From: Octopus sinensis
Lineage: Eukaryota
NCBI RefSeq assembly: GCF_006345805.1
Contig: NC_042998.1
Coordinates: 71,114,001-71,178,000 of the forward strand
Direction: 5' to 3'
DNA: 64,000 nt
Shown here: piece after piece, positions 53,061 to 64,000 of the stretch
Layout of the letters: every line of letters starts with the position of its first letter
Numbering within the stretch: the stretch's first letter is position 1
Position numbers and translations under genes: made by a program
Notes under the pieces: generated by a model
Seen by the model: the letters and a program-made list of their open reading frames with translations, nothing else
Told to the model about the DNA's origin: nothing
The model's database searches: none

Positions 53061-55280
53061 TGCCGAATCGGGAGGGCTCGGGACCAAATTTAGATAAGGG
53101 GTTACTGGGCTAAAGAAATTCAGTAGTTAACATGTGGGGCTGAGGGAGCAACTTCAGGATTGCCTTACTGGAAGAATAATACCAGATAGGATGACTAGAG
53201 GGAGGGCAATACGCATTATGAAGGATAAGGGCAAGGGTAATATAGCTAGCAACTATAGACCAATCATCTGCATACCATTAGTGTATAAGTTGTTAACAGG
53301 ACTGCTTTCAGAAAGCATTTACGAGCATCTTGACAACTAGAAATCACTGTCAGAAGAAGAGGAACGTTGCAGGAAGAAAGCTAGAGGAACGCATAATCTA
53401 TATACAAACAAATCAGTTCTAAATGAAGTAAAAAGTAGAAAGAAAAATCTAACAATAACATGGATAGATTATAGGAAAGCCTATGACATGATCCCACACT
53501 AATGGATCTGTGAATGTTTGAGTATATTCAATATAGCAGACAACATACGAGAATTAATTAGCTTTAGCATGAAGAAATGGAACGTATACCTCTACTCAAG
53601 AGACGCACTCTTAGGGAAAGTTAATATCAAAAGAGGAATTTTTCCAGGGAAAGTCGTTGTCCTTTTTAATATTTGTCATGTGGTTGCTTCTCATCAGTTT
53701 AGTATAAAGGAAGGCAAAGTCAGGGTATCTATTCACAAATAGTAATGGAAAAATTAACCATTTGCTTTACATAGCTGATCTGAAGCTTTTTAGTAAGAAT
53801 GAGAAAGAGATAGATTCCTTAGAACAAACTGTAAGACTCTTCAGCAAATATACTGGCATAGATAAATGTGCAATATTAGTCACGAGAATAGGAACGGTAG
53901 TCAACAGCGAAGGCATCCGGTTACCAGATGGCTAGACATTACAGTCATTGAAAGTAGGAGAGAGTTATAAGTATATAGGAGAATTAGGTTCTGAGAGAGT
54001 ACTGACAACAGAAATGAAAACGAAAATCAAGAAGAGGTACATCAGAAGGATGAGGAAGCTAACGAAATCAAAGCTATATGATCCGAATCTAGTGAAGACT
54101 GCAAGTACTTGGGCAGTATCATAACTTAGATACTCAGCAGCGTTTGTAGACTGGACAAAAACTGAATTAGCAAAGTTAAATAGAAGAGCTAGAAAGGAAT
54201 TCAATATGAATGGAGGACTCCATCTAGGAGTAGGAGTAGCAAGATTATACTTACCTAGAAAAGAAGATGGAAGAGGGTTGATATCAGTAGAAGACTGCGT
54301 AGACTTACCTACAGTAGATATAGACTCTTATGTAGGTAATAGTGAAGAAAGTTTAATAAGAGTTGCTAGAGTCACAGCAAGACATAGGAAACTAAAACAC
54401 CAAACGAACTTAAAAAATCGGAAAAAAAGAACTGAAGTTATCTGACTGGCAGGAGAAAGCGTTACATGGTAGATTCCTAAAGATAGTTTCAGCAAATAGT
54501 AGTAGCGAGACATATTTATGGCTACAGAAGGGAAAGCTGAAGAGAGAGGCAAACAGTTCGTTAGCAGCTGCACAAGATCGATCGTTAAGGACTAATTCGA
54601 TAAAAGCCAAAATAGACAAAAACCAAGTAGATTCTCAATGTAGATTATGCAAATCAGAAGGGGAAATCGTTACTCGTATAATAGGTGAATGTAGCAAGCT
54701 GGCACAGAAAGAATACAAGAAAAGACATGACAATCTAGGGTGAATAATCCACTGGGAGGGTTGTAGAAAGCTAGGATTTGAACATACTGATGAATGGTAT
54801 AAACATGAACCTAGTAAATTACTAGAAAGTAAGAAATACACAATGTTGTGGGACTTCAACATTCAGATTGACAGAGTAATAGAATCTAGAAGGCCTGATT
54901 TTGTAGTAGTAGATATGAGAACAAAAAGTGCCAGATAATTGGTTTTACAGTACTAAATAATGAAAACATGAATATGAGAAGTCTAGAAAAATAGCAAGCT
55001 ACCAGGATCTAGCTATTGAATTACAGAGACTATGGAAAGTGCGGGTAAAATGTATCCCGGTAGTTATAGGTGCATTGAGAACTATCCTTTATCTGAACAG
55101 ATGGATAGAGGAAATAGGCATAAAACCCAGTTTAGTACATCTGCAAAAAAGAGTGTTATTATGGAGAGTTGAGATACTTAGGAGGGTGTAACCCAATAGG
55201 AAGGTTCTTGGCATCTAAGGCTGCTTGCTGTAGCCCAATGTTAGGATTCTTTTCTTTTCCAACGTTCTAATCTGTTTTGT
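53060..55280 (+). mobile_element. Decayed R4/Dong-type LINE (RT, CCHC, RLE), many stops
   Basis: 'NYRPIICIPLVYKLLTG', 'WIDYRKAYDMIPH', 'GIFPG', 'YKYIG', 'RLYLPRKEDGRGLISVEDCVD', 'CRLCKSEGEIVTRIIGEC', 'MLWDFNIQIDRVIESRRPDFVVVD'. Confidence 0.85.
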
Positions 55281-55281
55281 G

Positions 55282-55282
<1 letters not shown>

Positions 55283-55353
<71 letters not shown>

Positions 55354-55355
55354 TA
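55283..55355. repeat. (TAA)n microsatellite, 5' flank of the R4/Dong element
   Basis: Seen directly in the sequence. Confidence 0.95.
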
Positions 55356-58258
55356 TAATTGAAAAAGAGATTGAATTTATGAGAGGGAAATATCGATATT
55401 AAATGAAATAATATGTGGAAATGATGTAAGATCCAGAACAGGATGAAAGATGAAGAGAAAATTTGGATCCTCACCAAGAGAAGAACTGATATCAATAAAA
55501 GAAACGCTGAAACAAAAAGTCCAAGCAAAAGCCCAAAGAATACGAAGATTTGTGAAGAGAAACAAGTTTTACAAGCAAAATAAGCTGTTCACATCCAATG
55601 CCAAAAAATTCTACAGAGAAATAGGGAAGGAGAAAGTAACCGTTAAAGACCCCCCTCCCATGGAAGAAGTTCAAAACTTTTGGAAAAGGATTTGGAGTGA
55701 CAAGAAGACGTACAACATAAATGCAGACTGGATTATACAAACTGAAGGATCCTACCAAAATTTACAACAACAAGCATGGGAAGACATCACAATAGCAGAC
55801 CTAAGAAAGGCACTCACGAAGGCCCATAATTGGAAATCCCCCGGTAAAGATAGGGTGCCGAATTTCTGGCTCGCATTGCTCCCATGCGCACACGGTAAGC
55901 TAGTTCAGCTGCTCAATGGAATTATGAGAGACCCAAAGAAAACACCTGAATGGTTAGCAAGTGGCATTACTTACCTACTCCCAAAGAATAACGAAACCAA
56001 CCTTCCAAAAAACTATCGGCCTATAACCTGTCTATCCACCACGTATAAAATCCTAACATCTATCCTGGCGGAGAAAACATATGCATTCATGGAGAAGAAC
56101 GATATTTTCCCCATTGAACAAAAAGGGTGCCGCCGAGGCTCTTACAGATGCAAAGATCAACTGCTAATCAATCGCATGATCCTTGAGAACTGTCACAACA
56201 AGCGCAGAAATCTCAGCACCGCATGGATTGACTATAAAAAGGCCTTCGACAGTATACCGCATCCATGGATCTTGAGATCGCTGGACATCTTCAAAATTTC
56301 CCCTGTGATTTCAAACTTCCTGAAGCACAATATGTCGTTGTGGAATACGAATCTCCAATTATACCACTCTAATGGAGTACTTGCCTCAGAAAATATAAAC
56401 ATCAACTGTGGAATTTTTCAAGGTGACTCACTTTCACCTTTAATATTCTGCATAGCCCTAATACCCCTTACAAGTGAATTAAACAGAACAGGGTATGGGT
56501 ATAAAATTGCCAATAAAAAAATAAGCCATCTATTTTATATGGATGACTTAAAACTTTATGGTAAAGACAATAATGAACTTGAAGGCCTATTGCGCACCGT
56601 GAAAGCATTCAGCGATGACATCGGGATGGAGTTTGGACTTGAGAAGTATGCCAAGGCCACTTTCCAGAAAGGGAAAGTGAAGACCACAAATTCAGTCGTG
56701 TTAGATGTTGACACAGTCATAAGAGAGCTCGAGCAAGAACAAACATACAAATATTTAGGGATAAATGAAGGCTCTGGTATTCAGCATGCAAGCATGAGAG
56801 AGAAGATCAGGAAGGAATGTTATAGGAGAGTTCGTGCAGTCCTGAAATCTGAACTAAATGCACGTAACAAGGTGTTAGCTATAAATTCCTTAGCAGTTCC
56901 AGTTGTTACTTATAGCTACAATGTGTTGAACTGGAATATGAGTGAAGTAAAGAATATAGATAGGAAAATACGCAAGCTACTGAGTTGTAATAGGATGCAC
57001 CACCCAAAGGCAGACGTAGATCGTCTTTACCTTCCCAGAGCCCAAGGAGGTCGAGGCCTGATCCAATTTGAACTAGCTTACAAAACAACCACAATTGGAC
57101 TGGCCAAATATCTCGAAATATCGAATGACTGGATGCTAAAGCTCGTGGAAAATCACGAGAGACGAAAGAAGCTTCATTCTATCATAAAGGAAAGCAATAA
57201 ATTGCTATTGATTCTCGTGCAGGATACCCAAACTGAACAACCGAGGGAAGTACGGCAACTATTGTTGCAAAGAAGGTGAAAATGATGGCAATGAAAAAGC
57301 GCACGAGCAATTGGCTGATAGGTGGGAGGAGAAACCTCTGCACGGCAAATATGTGACCCGCAGCAAACAAGCTGATGTTGACCAGAAGCAAACCCATCAG
57401 TGGCTACGGAGCTCAGGGTTAAAAGAAGAGAGCGAAGGTTTCATCCTGGCTGCTCAAGATCAAAGCCTATTAACCCGGAACTACCAGGCCAATGTGATGA
57501 AAAATGGAGCAGACCCAAAATGCCGATTCTGCAACGACATGATTGAAACAGTGGACCACCTAATCTCTGGATGTAAAGTCTTAGCACCAGTGGAGTATAA
57601 ATTAAGACATGACAGAGTTGGCCAATATCTCCACTGGCTAATAAGTCGGCATTACAATATCAAAACTGCCGACAAGTGGTATAATCACCACCCTGAGGAT
57701 GTAACTGAAGGAGAAAATGTAACCATTCTGTGGGACTTTCCAGTACATACAGACCGAACCATCAAGGCCAATAAACCAGATATTGTTGTGAAAGACCAAA
57801 ACAATAAAATTTGCTTATTGATCGACATGAGCATCCCCTGTGATCATAATATCTCAGCGAAAGAGTTTGACAAGCTCAGAAAATATAAAGACCTACTCAT
57901 TGAAATTGAGAAAATGTGGCATCTCAAGGCGGTTACAATACCAGTGATCGTAGGAGCACTAGGAATGATCAAGAAGAGAACCGAAAATTATATGAGAATG
58001 ATCCCTGGCTTACCATCCCCTGCAAGAAGTGCAAAAGATTGTCTTAACTGGTACATCACACGTATTGAGAAGAGCATTGTCGATGTGAGAACTGTTGCTG
58101 CTCATGTATTTTAATTTAACTTAATAAAAAAAAAAAATGAACGAACTATTGAGTTTGGTTTAATGGCCTACCAATGTATACTATGAGTTTCTTTGCCCTA
58201 GGAGTCGCGAAGACACTCGGCAAGAAATGGAAGCAAATTTGAAAGAAGAAAAAAAAAA
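55356..58258 (+). mobile_element. Younger 5'-truncated R4/Dong-clade non-LTR retrotransposon (RT + CCHC + RLE), between (TAA)n tracts
   Basis: ORF 55450-57279: 'NWKSPGKD', 'YRPITCLSTTYKILT', 'EQKGC', 'AWIDYKKAFDSIPH', 'GIFQGDSLSPLIFC', 'HLFYMDDLKLY', 'YKYLG'. ORF 57311-58114: 'CRFC..ETVDHLISGC', 'ILWDF..TDRTIKANKPDIVV..CLLIDMSIP..KLRKYKDL..IPVIVGALG'. Confidence 0.93.
55450..58114 (+). pseudogene. R4/Dong RT-RLE ORF, frameshifted near 57240 and near 58020
   Basis: Two long ORFs (609 aa and 267 aa) in consecutive frames carry the RT and CCHC/PD-(D/E)xK motifs. Confidence 0.9.
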
Positions 58259-58269
58259 TAATAATAATG

Positions 58270-58332
<63 letters not shown>
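58259..58332. repeat. (TAA)n microsatellite, 3' flank of the R4/Dong element
   Basis: Seen directly in the sequence. Confidence 0.95.
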
Positions 58333-58334
<2 letters not shown>

Positions 58335-58443
58335 CACTTTTAGTGAAGTGAATATTGGACACACAGAAATACACTGATCTGGATAGTTGGCTGAACACTT
58401 TTACAGTAAACTGACATTATTTCCAATACTGGAAATAGGGTCA

Positions 58444-58766
58444 TCTCTCTATATATAAACGACAAAATGTGTGTGTGTGTGTGTATCCTTTATACAAATC
58501 CACAATTTTTCAGTTAGAGGGCTCGCACTTTCTATGGTCATTCAAAACCGTCCAAGGGTGGTCGTGCATATCTTAACATTTCCCCAGTCAAAATCAATAG
58601 AAGTGACATTTTTGTGAATTTTCTATCCAAAACCCAATCAAAATGCCCGAAACTTGATGCGACAATTGAATGCCAGATAGCTGTATGTCATCGGTCGGAG
58701 ATTTAGACGCAGCTGCATATGCATGCACTAGCACTATGACCCGGCGACGCCAGGTCATAGAGCTAG
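58444..58766 (+). mobile_element. Non-autonomous Helitron (~323 bp)
   Basis: A|TCTCTCTATATATAAAC ... hairpin CTATGACC-CGGCGACGCCA-GGTCATAG-AG-CTAG|T. It has 5' TC, 3' CTAG, a subterminal hairpin, an A^T insertion site and no TSD. Confidence 0.85.
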
Positions 58767-59328
58767 TTGTATTATAAAATACTTACTTTTAAGAATTAAT
58801 TCGTCCCTGTTTTCGCCAGGAGTTTCCCAGAATTAGCTTTGTAATTTCTCAAATGACTCCCAGAGTTTTTAAAGATTAAGATCACAGTTTTATCCGGCCA
58901 TTCGCCGAATGTATATAGTGTCTAAACGAAACCAAGGCCTTACATTAACACCACCCCAAACGCTATTGTAATTATCTGGTTTTGAAATTGCATAAAATAT
59001 CCGTATATGATAAACCGAAACCCTCTATCATTATCTACTGCTTTCAGTTTGTTGTCGAAACCAGCTTACACCCTAATAGGAAATGAGGATGGTATTATTC
59101 TTCAGTACAATAATTGTGATTCGATATGTCTCCTCAGAAATCACTGATCAATGCTAAACTATAACCCGTCTAAACATAATCGCACCAAGGAATACAGGAC
59201 GGAAGATAAGCTAAATGTAGTATAATCATCAATATTGTCATCTGCATCACCGCTATTATCTACTTCGCATTGCCCTCCTTTCCGCCTACTTCTCCACCCT
59301 TCCTCCCCTCGGCATCATCAACGATGTC

Positions 59329-59361
<33 letters not shown>

Positions 59362-61469
59362 GTCGTCGTCGTCCACGTCTCACCATAATCATCTTCCTAA
59401 ATAAGAACAACGGGCACCATTAACAAGGAGCAATGTTTTAGGAAGGAAGTGTTGAGGTGAGACAAACAACGTCAAAAGATAATCGAAAACCCATACCACC
59501 CAGCCGCACACCACCAGTAAACAATAACTTCAGCAGGATAAATAACGTTATTTATGAGGATTGGCAGCTGTCGACAACAATATATTCGCTTTCAAGAAAC
59601 GCACATTTTTTTTCTTTCTGTCTGTCTGCCTCTCTTTCTGCACTCACACACACACACACTCATCTCACACCTGTATGCATCTATGTTTCTACGTGTTTGT
59701 GTGTATATATATATTATATATATATATATACACCCCATTCACACACACGCACACACATATACACATACGAATGTGAGTTCGTATATGTGTATAAATATGC
59801 ATTCACACAATACATATATATACTTACATAAGCATAATTCATTAATCTTTTATGTCGGTTTTATGAAACATGTAGAAGGCCATGCTGGAGCATTGCCTTT
59901 AAATATACATTTATGTATGTATACACACACACACACACACACGCACACACACACATGTCTATATATATAAGGAAATGTATATGTGGTCGTGTGCAAGTGT
60001 CTGTATGCATATATATATGAGTAAGTATTTTGGTGCCTGTTTCAGTGAGTATATCTACGTTCAGCCTCTGATGAAACCATTTAGAATTAGTTGACAGGTG
60101 CTTCTGACAGGTTATAAAAGTATAACTAGTTGTGAGGAAATATGAGCATATGTTATGGCCGCTTATCTCTGCTGGCGGCAATTTGTTTTGTTGTGTTTTA
60201 TCACTTATTATAGCAAAATGTCTACTTGGCAATCTTTCATGAATGCCTGTAAAAAGCTAACAGTATGCTATATTTTTGGTAAAATACATTTGGGCTTTGC
60301 AGAAATCATAGCTGAAAATTAAATTTCGCATAGTTTTCAAGTGGAGTCATCATTTTCAAAATTGTTTTTATTAGAGTAACTATGTTCCTCATTGTTGAAG
60401 TTGCAAACTTTGTTCAGTAAATATACAGTCTACATTTGATTTAGTTTACTTATTTGTTGTTCAAGTAAATAATGATGTTAAATAATGAGACGACGTGTCT
60501 GTTGGTTGGTATCTTCAAACGCACCATACACTACTTCTATGAATAAGAATATTACAGCAGGCGTTCATAGTTATTTTAACTGTTTATTAACAAACTCTCT
60601 ATATTGTCTTTAATTAATCAAATATCTGGTAGTAAAATAACTAGAGAATGGTCCGCTAATGACGTTTAATAATGCCGAAACAAGTAATTATAAGTTCACC
60701 ATTTACTCCCCTATCGGGATCATAATAAATTATATAAATAATAAGAATTACTGCTGTAATTTTAATTAACATGTCGTGATTCACTAAGTTTGTCTCAAAT
60801 TGCTTTGCCTTTCAGCGGGCGGAGCACGGCATTCTCCCATCAGTCATTCTGTTAACTTTCAGCAATCCAGTCAACGCTGCCAATTAGCAGATAATCCAGG
60901 ATGGAATATTTATACAGCGAGGAGCTGGAGAAATGTTGTAAAATTTATAATTCATTACAGTGTGAAAAAAACCTTTATTTGAATTTTATTGGTGCCCCAG
61001 CATATTATTAAGGCTGTTCTCGTAAAATAGATCGAAAGAATACAAGTATACTACTGCATCATTCTCTAATACACCATAAGTAAAAAACTGAGATGTAATT
61101 TCGTTCATAATGTTAACCATAAGATTTTCGTCATGTACAGAAGTGATATTATTCTAATTCGACGTTTTCTATTATTTTGTGATTTTTTAAATGTGGGATA
61201 TAAGGGGTTTTCATTGTTATGTGTCTTCTATAACGTAATGACAAGTCTTAACGAAATCCCATGTGCAAGACAGTCTTCCCTGCATCAGTAGCCATCATTA
61301 ATTTATCGAAGACCATTGTAGAATATAATTTGTTCCATATTCCCTCTAAGATGAATAAGTGTGCTTAATGCAGGATAAATTGGGAGCTTTGTTATTGAGA
61401 GAATCCTGACCCCACAGAATCATTAACCAAAAAATCTTTCATATTATATCTCACAATGTTTTTTTCTCC

Positions 61470-61605
61470 TCTAGGCACAAGACCCGAAATTTGGGGGGTG
61501 GGAGCCAGTGGATTAAATCGACTCCAGTACGAAAGGATGAAAGGCAAAGTCGAGTTCGGCTGAATTTGAACTCAGAACGTAAAGACAGACGAAATACCGC
61601 TAAGG
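61470..61605 (-). mobile_element. SINE family A variant fragment (alternative tail)
   Basis: 'tctaggcacaagacccgaaatttgggggg...aaaggatgaaaggcaaagtcgagttcggctgaatttgaactcagaacgtaaagacagacgaaatacc'. Confidence 0.8.
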
Positions 61606-62108
61606 AAAGAGAAAAAAATTAAAATAATATGACATAATAGCTAATATCGTACCATATAGACCATGCCTGATTCCGGCTAAAGAGTACTGAGAAACAGCAA
61701 TCATAGATCTATGAAACTCTATTTTTGTATGAAACATTTAATGTATTATCTTCGTTTGTTATTTCTAAACTTTGCTTCTTACTTCAAGTGTATCCACAAA
61801 AGAAACAAAAATATTGTTTCTATATCATCATGATTAAAAGCAAAAGGAGACTGAAATAAATTATTCTACATTACAGCTCTCGAGTTTACTCAGTTTTCTT
61901 TAATTTAATTCTCTGACAACTTACATCTGCAAATACACATACAAAAATACACGCACAAATAATTACAGAACATTAGAACATCTGGCATAAAGACGTTACC
62001 ACTGTACGAATGACAAGTCATCAGCTTATGAAACATATTACTATGAAATCATATGATACCTCAGATGTATTTTATATGTAGTGTCTACCACATAGAATAC
62101 TGTGTGTA

Positions 62109-62109
<1 letters not shown>

Positions 62110-62146
<37 letters not shown>

Positions 62147-62211
62147 AAGAGAGAGAGAGAGAGAGAGAGAGACAAAGAAAGAGAGAGAAAAAGCGAGAGT
62201 TAAGTAAATAA

Positions 62212-62281
<70 letters not shown>

Positions 62282-62285
62282 GACA
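62110..62285. repeat. (GA)n, (TA)n and (CA)n microsatellites
   Basis: Seen directly in the sequence. Confidence 0.95.
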
Positions 62286-62719
62286 TGTATGTATACTTTA
62301 AATTTTACAAGTGGGTTGGTAGTGATTTAGAAATTTCGACTTGTTTGCTGTCATCAGTCTGAGGTTTATTTTGGTTCTTTCTGGCTTTACATAGGTCTCA
62401 GCGAGTTTTTTTTTGGGGTGGGTGGGGTGGTAATGCGAATGAAAATTATGTGAGGATAGAGTAACAGGTAGTGGTTGCACAATAAATGTAAAATAAAGAA
62501 CGATATGAGGAAACTATGTGTTTGCTTCTTACGGGAGAAAAAGTTGACCCTTGGTCTCTGGTTGAAACTAAAATAAAACATATTGAAATTTGTAAACGGC
62601 AGGTAATCCCGTCAGTGATATTCATAAAGTGGAATTGATGTTAGGATTATTAAATAAACAGAAAACAACATTGTGATATGTAGCATGCTGATTGCATATT
62701 TAGAGAATATATATATAGA

Positions 62720-63010
62720 GTGAATGTGTGCGGGTTATTGGTTAGGGTATTCTCTCCTCAATTATAAGGTCGCAAATTCAAGTCCCGACGACGCGTTTTC
62801 TCCTTGACGTTGCACCAACTGACGAAAATGACTAGTGCCTGAATTTCAAAGGGTTAGCTTCGTCTCACTCTGTGTCACATTGAATCTACCTGAGCACTAT
62901 GTTAACTGCACACGGGTTTGTGGAGTGCTCAGTCACATGTTAATTTCACGAGCAGGCTGTTCTGTTGACTGGATCAACTGGAACCCGCGCCGTCGTAACC
63001 GACAGAGTGC
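62720..63010 (+). mobile_element. SINE family C (degenerate tRNA head plus body)
   Basis: A-box-like 'gggttattggttag', B-box-like 'aattcaagtcc', and a 3' part matching 33858-33985. Confidence 0.7.
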
Positions 63011-63174
63011 CATATATAATGAATTCTTTTAGGAATACAAAATGTCAGACATACGTAGAACTTGCATGCGATAAATTTTTAAGAAATACAAAGACTTACA
63101 ATGTAGGTGACTAAATATATCACACGTAATGTATATGTTGAAAATAATATATCCTGCATTACATATGTGAGGAC

Positions 63175-63320
63175 AAGACATCTGGCTCAATTGTTAGGGA
63201 CCTCTCCTCCCGATCAAGTATCGAAGGCTTGATTCCCGTTGCTGAAGGGGCATTGAGCGTTCGGGAAACTCATTTTACTTTGTGTTACTCTAGTTAACTC
63301 AGTTCAACTAGAGTGAACCC
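63175..63320 (+). mobile_element. Old tRNA-derived SINE-like fragment
   Basis: 'tggctcaattgttag' (A-box-like) and 'ggcttgattccc' (B-box-like). There is no second copy in the window. Confidence 0.35.
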
Positions 63321-63595
63321 ATTAACGGACTGCCGTCCAGTTTAGTCGTACTGCAAGTGTTAACGTTACGGTCAATAATACGCTGCAGGAACCTTCGATA
63401 GATTCCGGCTTATATAAGTCGTAAAAACTTTTTTGTTTAAATATGTAAAATGTAAGTAAATATATCAATGGCGGTGTTCCAACATGGCCACAGTCATTGC
63501 ACTGAAACATATAAGAGGATAAGAGAATATCCCACTTCACATATGTCAATCTTTCATTAACATGTAAAGCTTCCATCCAGTGCCTTTTGGTATGT

Positions 63596-63596
63596 A

Positions 63597-63687
<91 letters not shown>

Positions 63688-63688
63688 A
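63596..63688. repeat. (TATC)n microsatellite
   Basis: Seen directly in the sequence. Confidence 0.95.
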
Positions 63689-64000
63689 TTATTTTAACAT
63701 TTGAAGTTAATCATATTGTACTTGAAGGTCGATGTCATTATTAATAATATAATGTGGTCGTTTCAATCGACTGTAATGCTTTTGCGGCCCTGCATCGAGA
63801 AAGAATCTGACCTCCATTGGAGTTGAACACCGAAATGAGACAAAAATAGCTGAAGAAACAACGAGATTGCTGATCTTAACAGCGTAAATATTCTGATACC
63901 TGACTCAAGCTTGAATCGAAAAATCCATGGTAGCCTCCCATGGTAAGAGTTAATGTCATATGTATTTTACATAGTCATGATTTCAATGTTTGCTGAATAC

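Noticed and set aside
60800-61100. Possible splice acceptors and a C/H-rich peptide (GCSRKIDRKNTSILLHH) resembling a BED finger
   Set aside because: In-frame stops and incomplete Cys/His spacing; it needs tblastn to assess.

Overview
Eukaryotic, AT-rich, microsatellite-dense, transposon-rich window. I recognise the SINE families as those of Octopus/coleoid cephalopods; this is inference from recall, not a database hit. No host protein-coding exon, rRNA, intact tRNA or CRISPR array is supportable, and most ORFs in the track are translated microsatellites. Supported elements: a 5'-truncated Tx1/L1-type LINE 3' end (5.7-6.7 kb), a full-length but disrupted Tc1 DD34E transposon with IR/DR ends (18.1-19.7 kb), a frameshifted Penelope-like element (RT + GIY-YIG) with an inverted 5' end (29.7-33.7 kb), decayed RTE and CR1/L2-like LINEs, Tc1 and mariner remnants, a stack of R4/Dong-type RLE LINEs in (TAA)n (52.7-58.3 kb), Helitron-type ends, and four tRNA-derived SINE families. 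Main observations: (i) several minimal hammerhead-ribozyme-like motifs with palindromic stem III in small microsatellite-embedded elements, including a tRNA-headed SINE with a hammerhead tail and a Penelope-style inverted 5' end; (ii) a SINE whose 3' tail matches the 3' end of the Tx1-type LINE in the same window; (iii) a composite SINE trimer bounded by one target-site duplication; (iv) several local inverted duplications, including ~710-bp arms; (v) a ~330-bp tandem array with Helitron-like ends ending in a fold-back; (vi) a repeated CCAAT/CRE module plus TATA box in the Penelope terminal repeat.
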